A DNA stretch of 32,000 nt from Candidatus Saccharimonadota bacterium (lineage in GTDB: Bacteria; Patescibacteriota; Gracilibacteria; BD1-5; UBA6164), in NCBI GenBank assembly GCA_963677765.1, contig OY782392.1, positions 330,001 to 362,000 of the forward strand, read 5' to 3'. The notes beneath the pieces are model-generated. The model was not told the origin of the DNA and did not search any database. It saw only the letters and a program-made list of their open reading frames with translations. Of the stretch, positions 31,642 to 32,000 are shown piece by piece (position 1 is the first letter of the stretch; each line of letters opens with the position of its first letter). The position numbers and the translations under genes were made by a program.

Positions 31642-32000
31642 TTATTCTATTTCTTCTATATCAGCTCATAAAGATTTTAATTTATTTAAAAAATCTTCAT
31701 AACCTCTATATATATATTCAACATTTGTTATTTTTGTTTCTCATTCTGAAATTAATCAAGCTATAACCATAGCAGCTCAAGCTCTAAGATCCCAAGAAGT
31801 TACTGTAGCTCATCATTTTAAATGATTTGGTCAAAAAATTACTGCTTCATGAGGATTCATTATAGCTAAATTAGCAGCCATTTTTTCTAACTCAACTAAA
31901 AAGTTTAATCTTCATTCAAACAAAACTTCATGTATTTTACTTACTCAATTAGCTTGTGATAATAATATAGTAAATGGTGATTGCAAATCAGTTGGAAATC
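31642..32000 (-). CDS. murA: UDP-N-acetylglucosamine 1-carboxyvinyltransferase, C-terminal part (gene continues beyond right edge)
   Basis: FPTDLQSPFTILLSQANGVSKIHEVLFEGRLNFLVELEKMAANLAIMNPHEAVIFGPNHLKGGATVTSWDLRAGAAMVIAGLISEGETKITNVEYIYRGYEDFLNKLKSLGADIEEIE. TAA stop at 31642-31644. Confidence 0.9.

Overview
Very AT-rich bacterial window that only makes sense under genetic code 25 (TGA = Gly), the code of Gracilibacteria/Absconditabacteria (SR1) in the Candidate Phyla Radiation. The supplied standard-code ORF track is shredded (no ORF above 107 aa). When TGA is read through, I hand-trace 40 tightly packed CDS covering about 29.4 of 32 kb, all ending in TAA or TAG. TGA falls on invariant glycines: SSB W-G-K, the DnaJ CxxCxGxG zinc finger, OFOR-beta WCxGCGD, ABC Walker A, FtsA GGGAN, RsmI SDAGTPGISDPG, and the prepilin G|FTLIE cleavage site. 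Content is mostly housekeeping: ssb, dnaJ, a two-subunit 2-oxoacid:ferredoxin oxidoreductase, rsmI, dnaN, ftsA, frr, rpmG, yebC, rpsU, rbfA, ftsQ-like, hup and murA. It also holds several lineage-specific or accessory loci. (1) A minus-strand type IV pilus-like operon (PilN-like, PilO-like, PilC, four prepilin-type proteins) preceded by a VirB2/TrbC-like pilin, with no ATPase, prepilin peptidase or obvious major pilin in the window. (2) A U32-family gene followed by a membrane-anchored 521-aa protein with a C-terminal T5orf172/GIY-YIG-like domain and a small orphan ORF. (3) A two-HKD PLD-family protein, a 926-aa orphan membrane-anchored protein and an 82-aa membrane protein packed directly upstream of the OFOR genes. 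(4) A PriA-like ORF consisting only of the C-terminal half, next to dnaN. I saw no rRNA, tRNA, CRISPR array, transposase or integrase. All product calls come from motif recognition by eye on hand translations; no searches were run.
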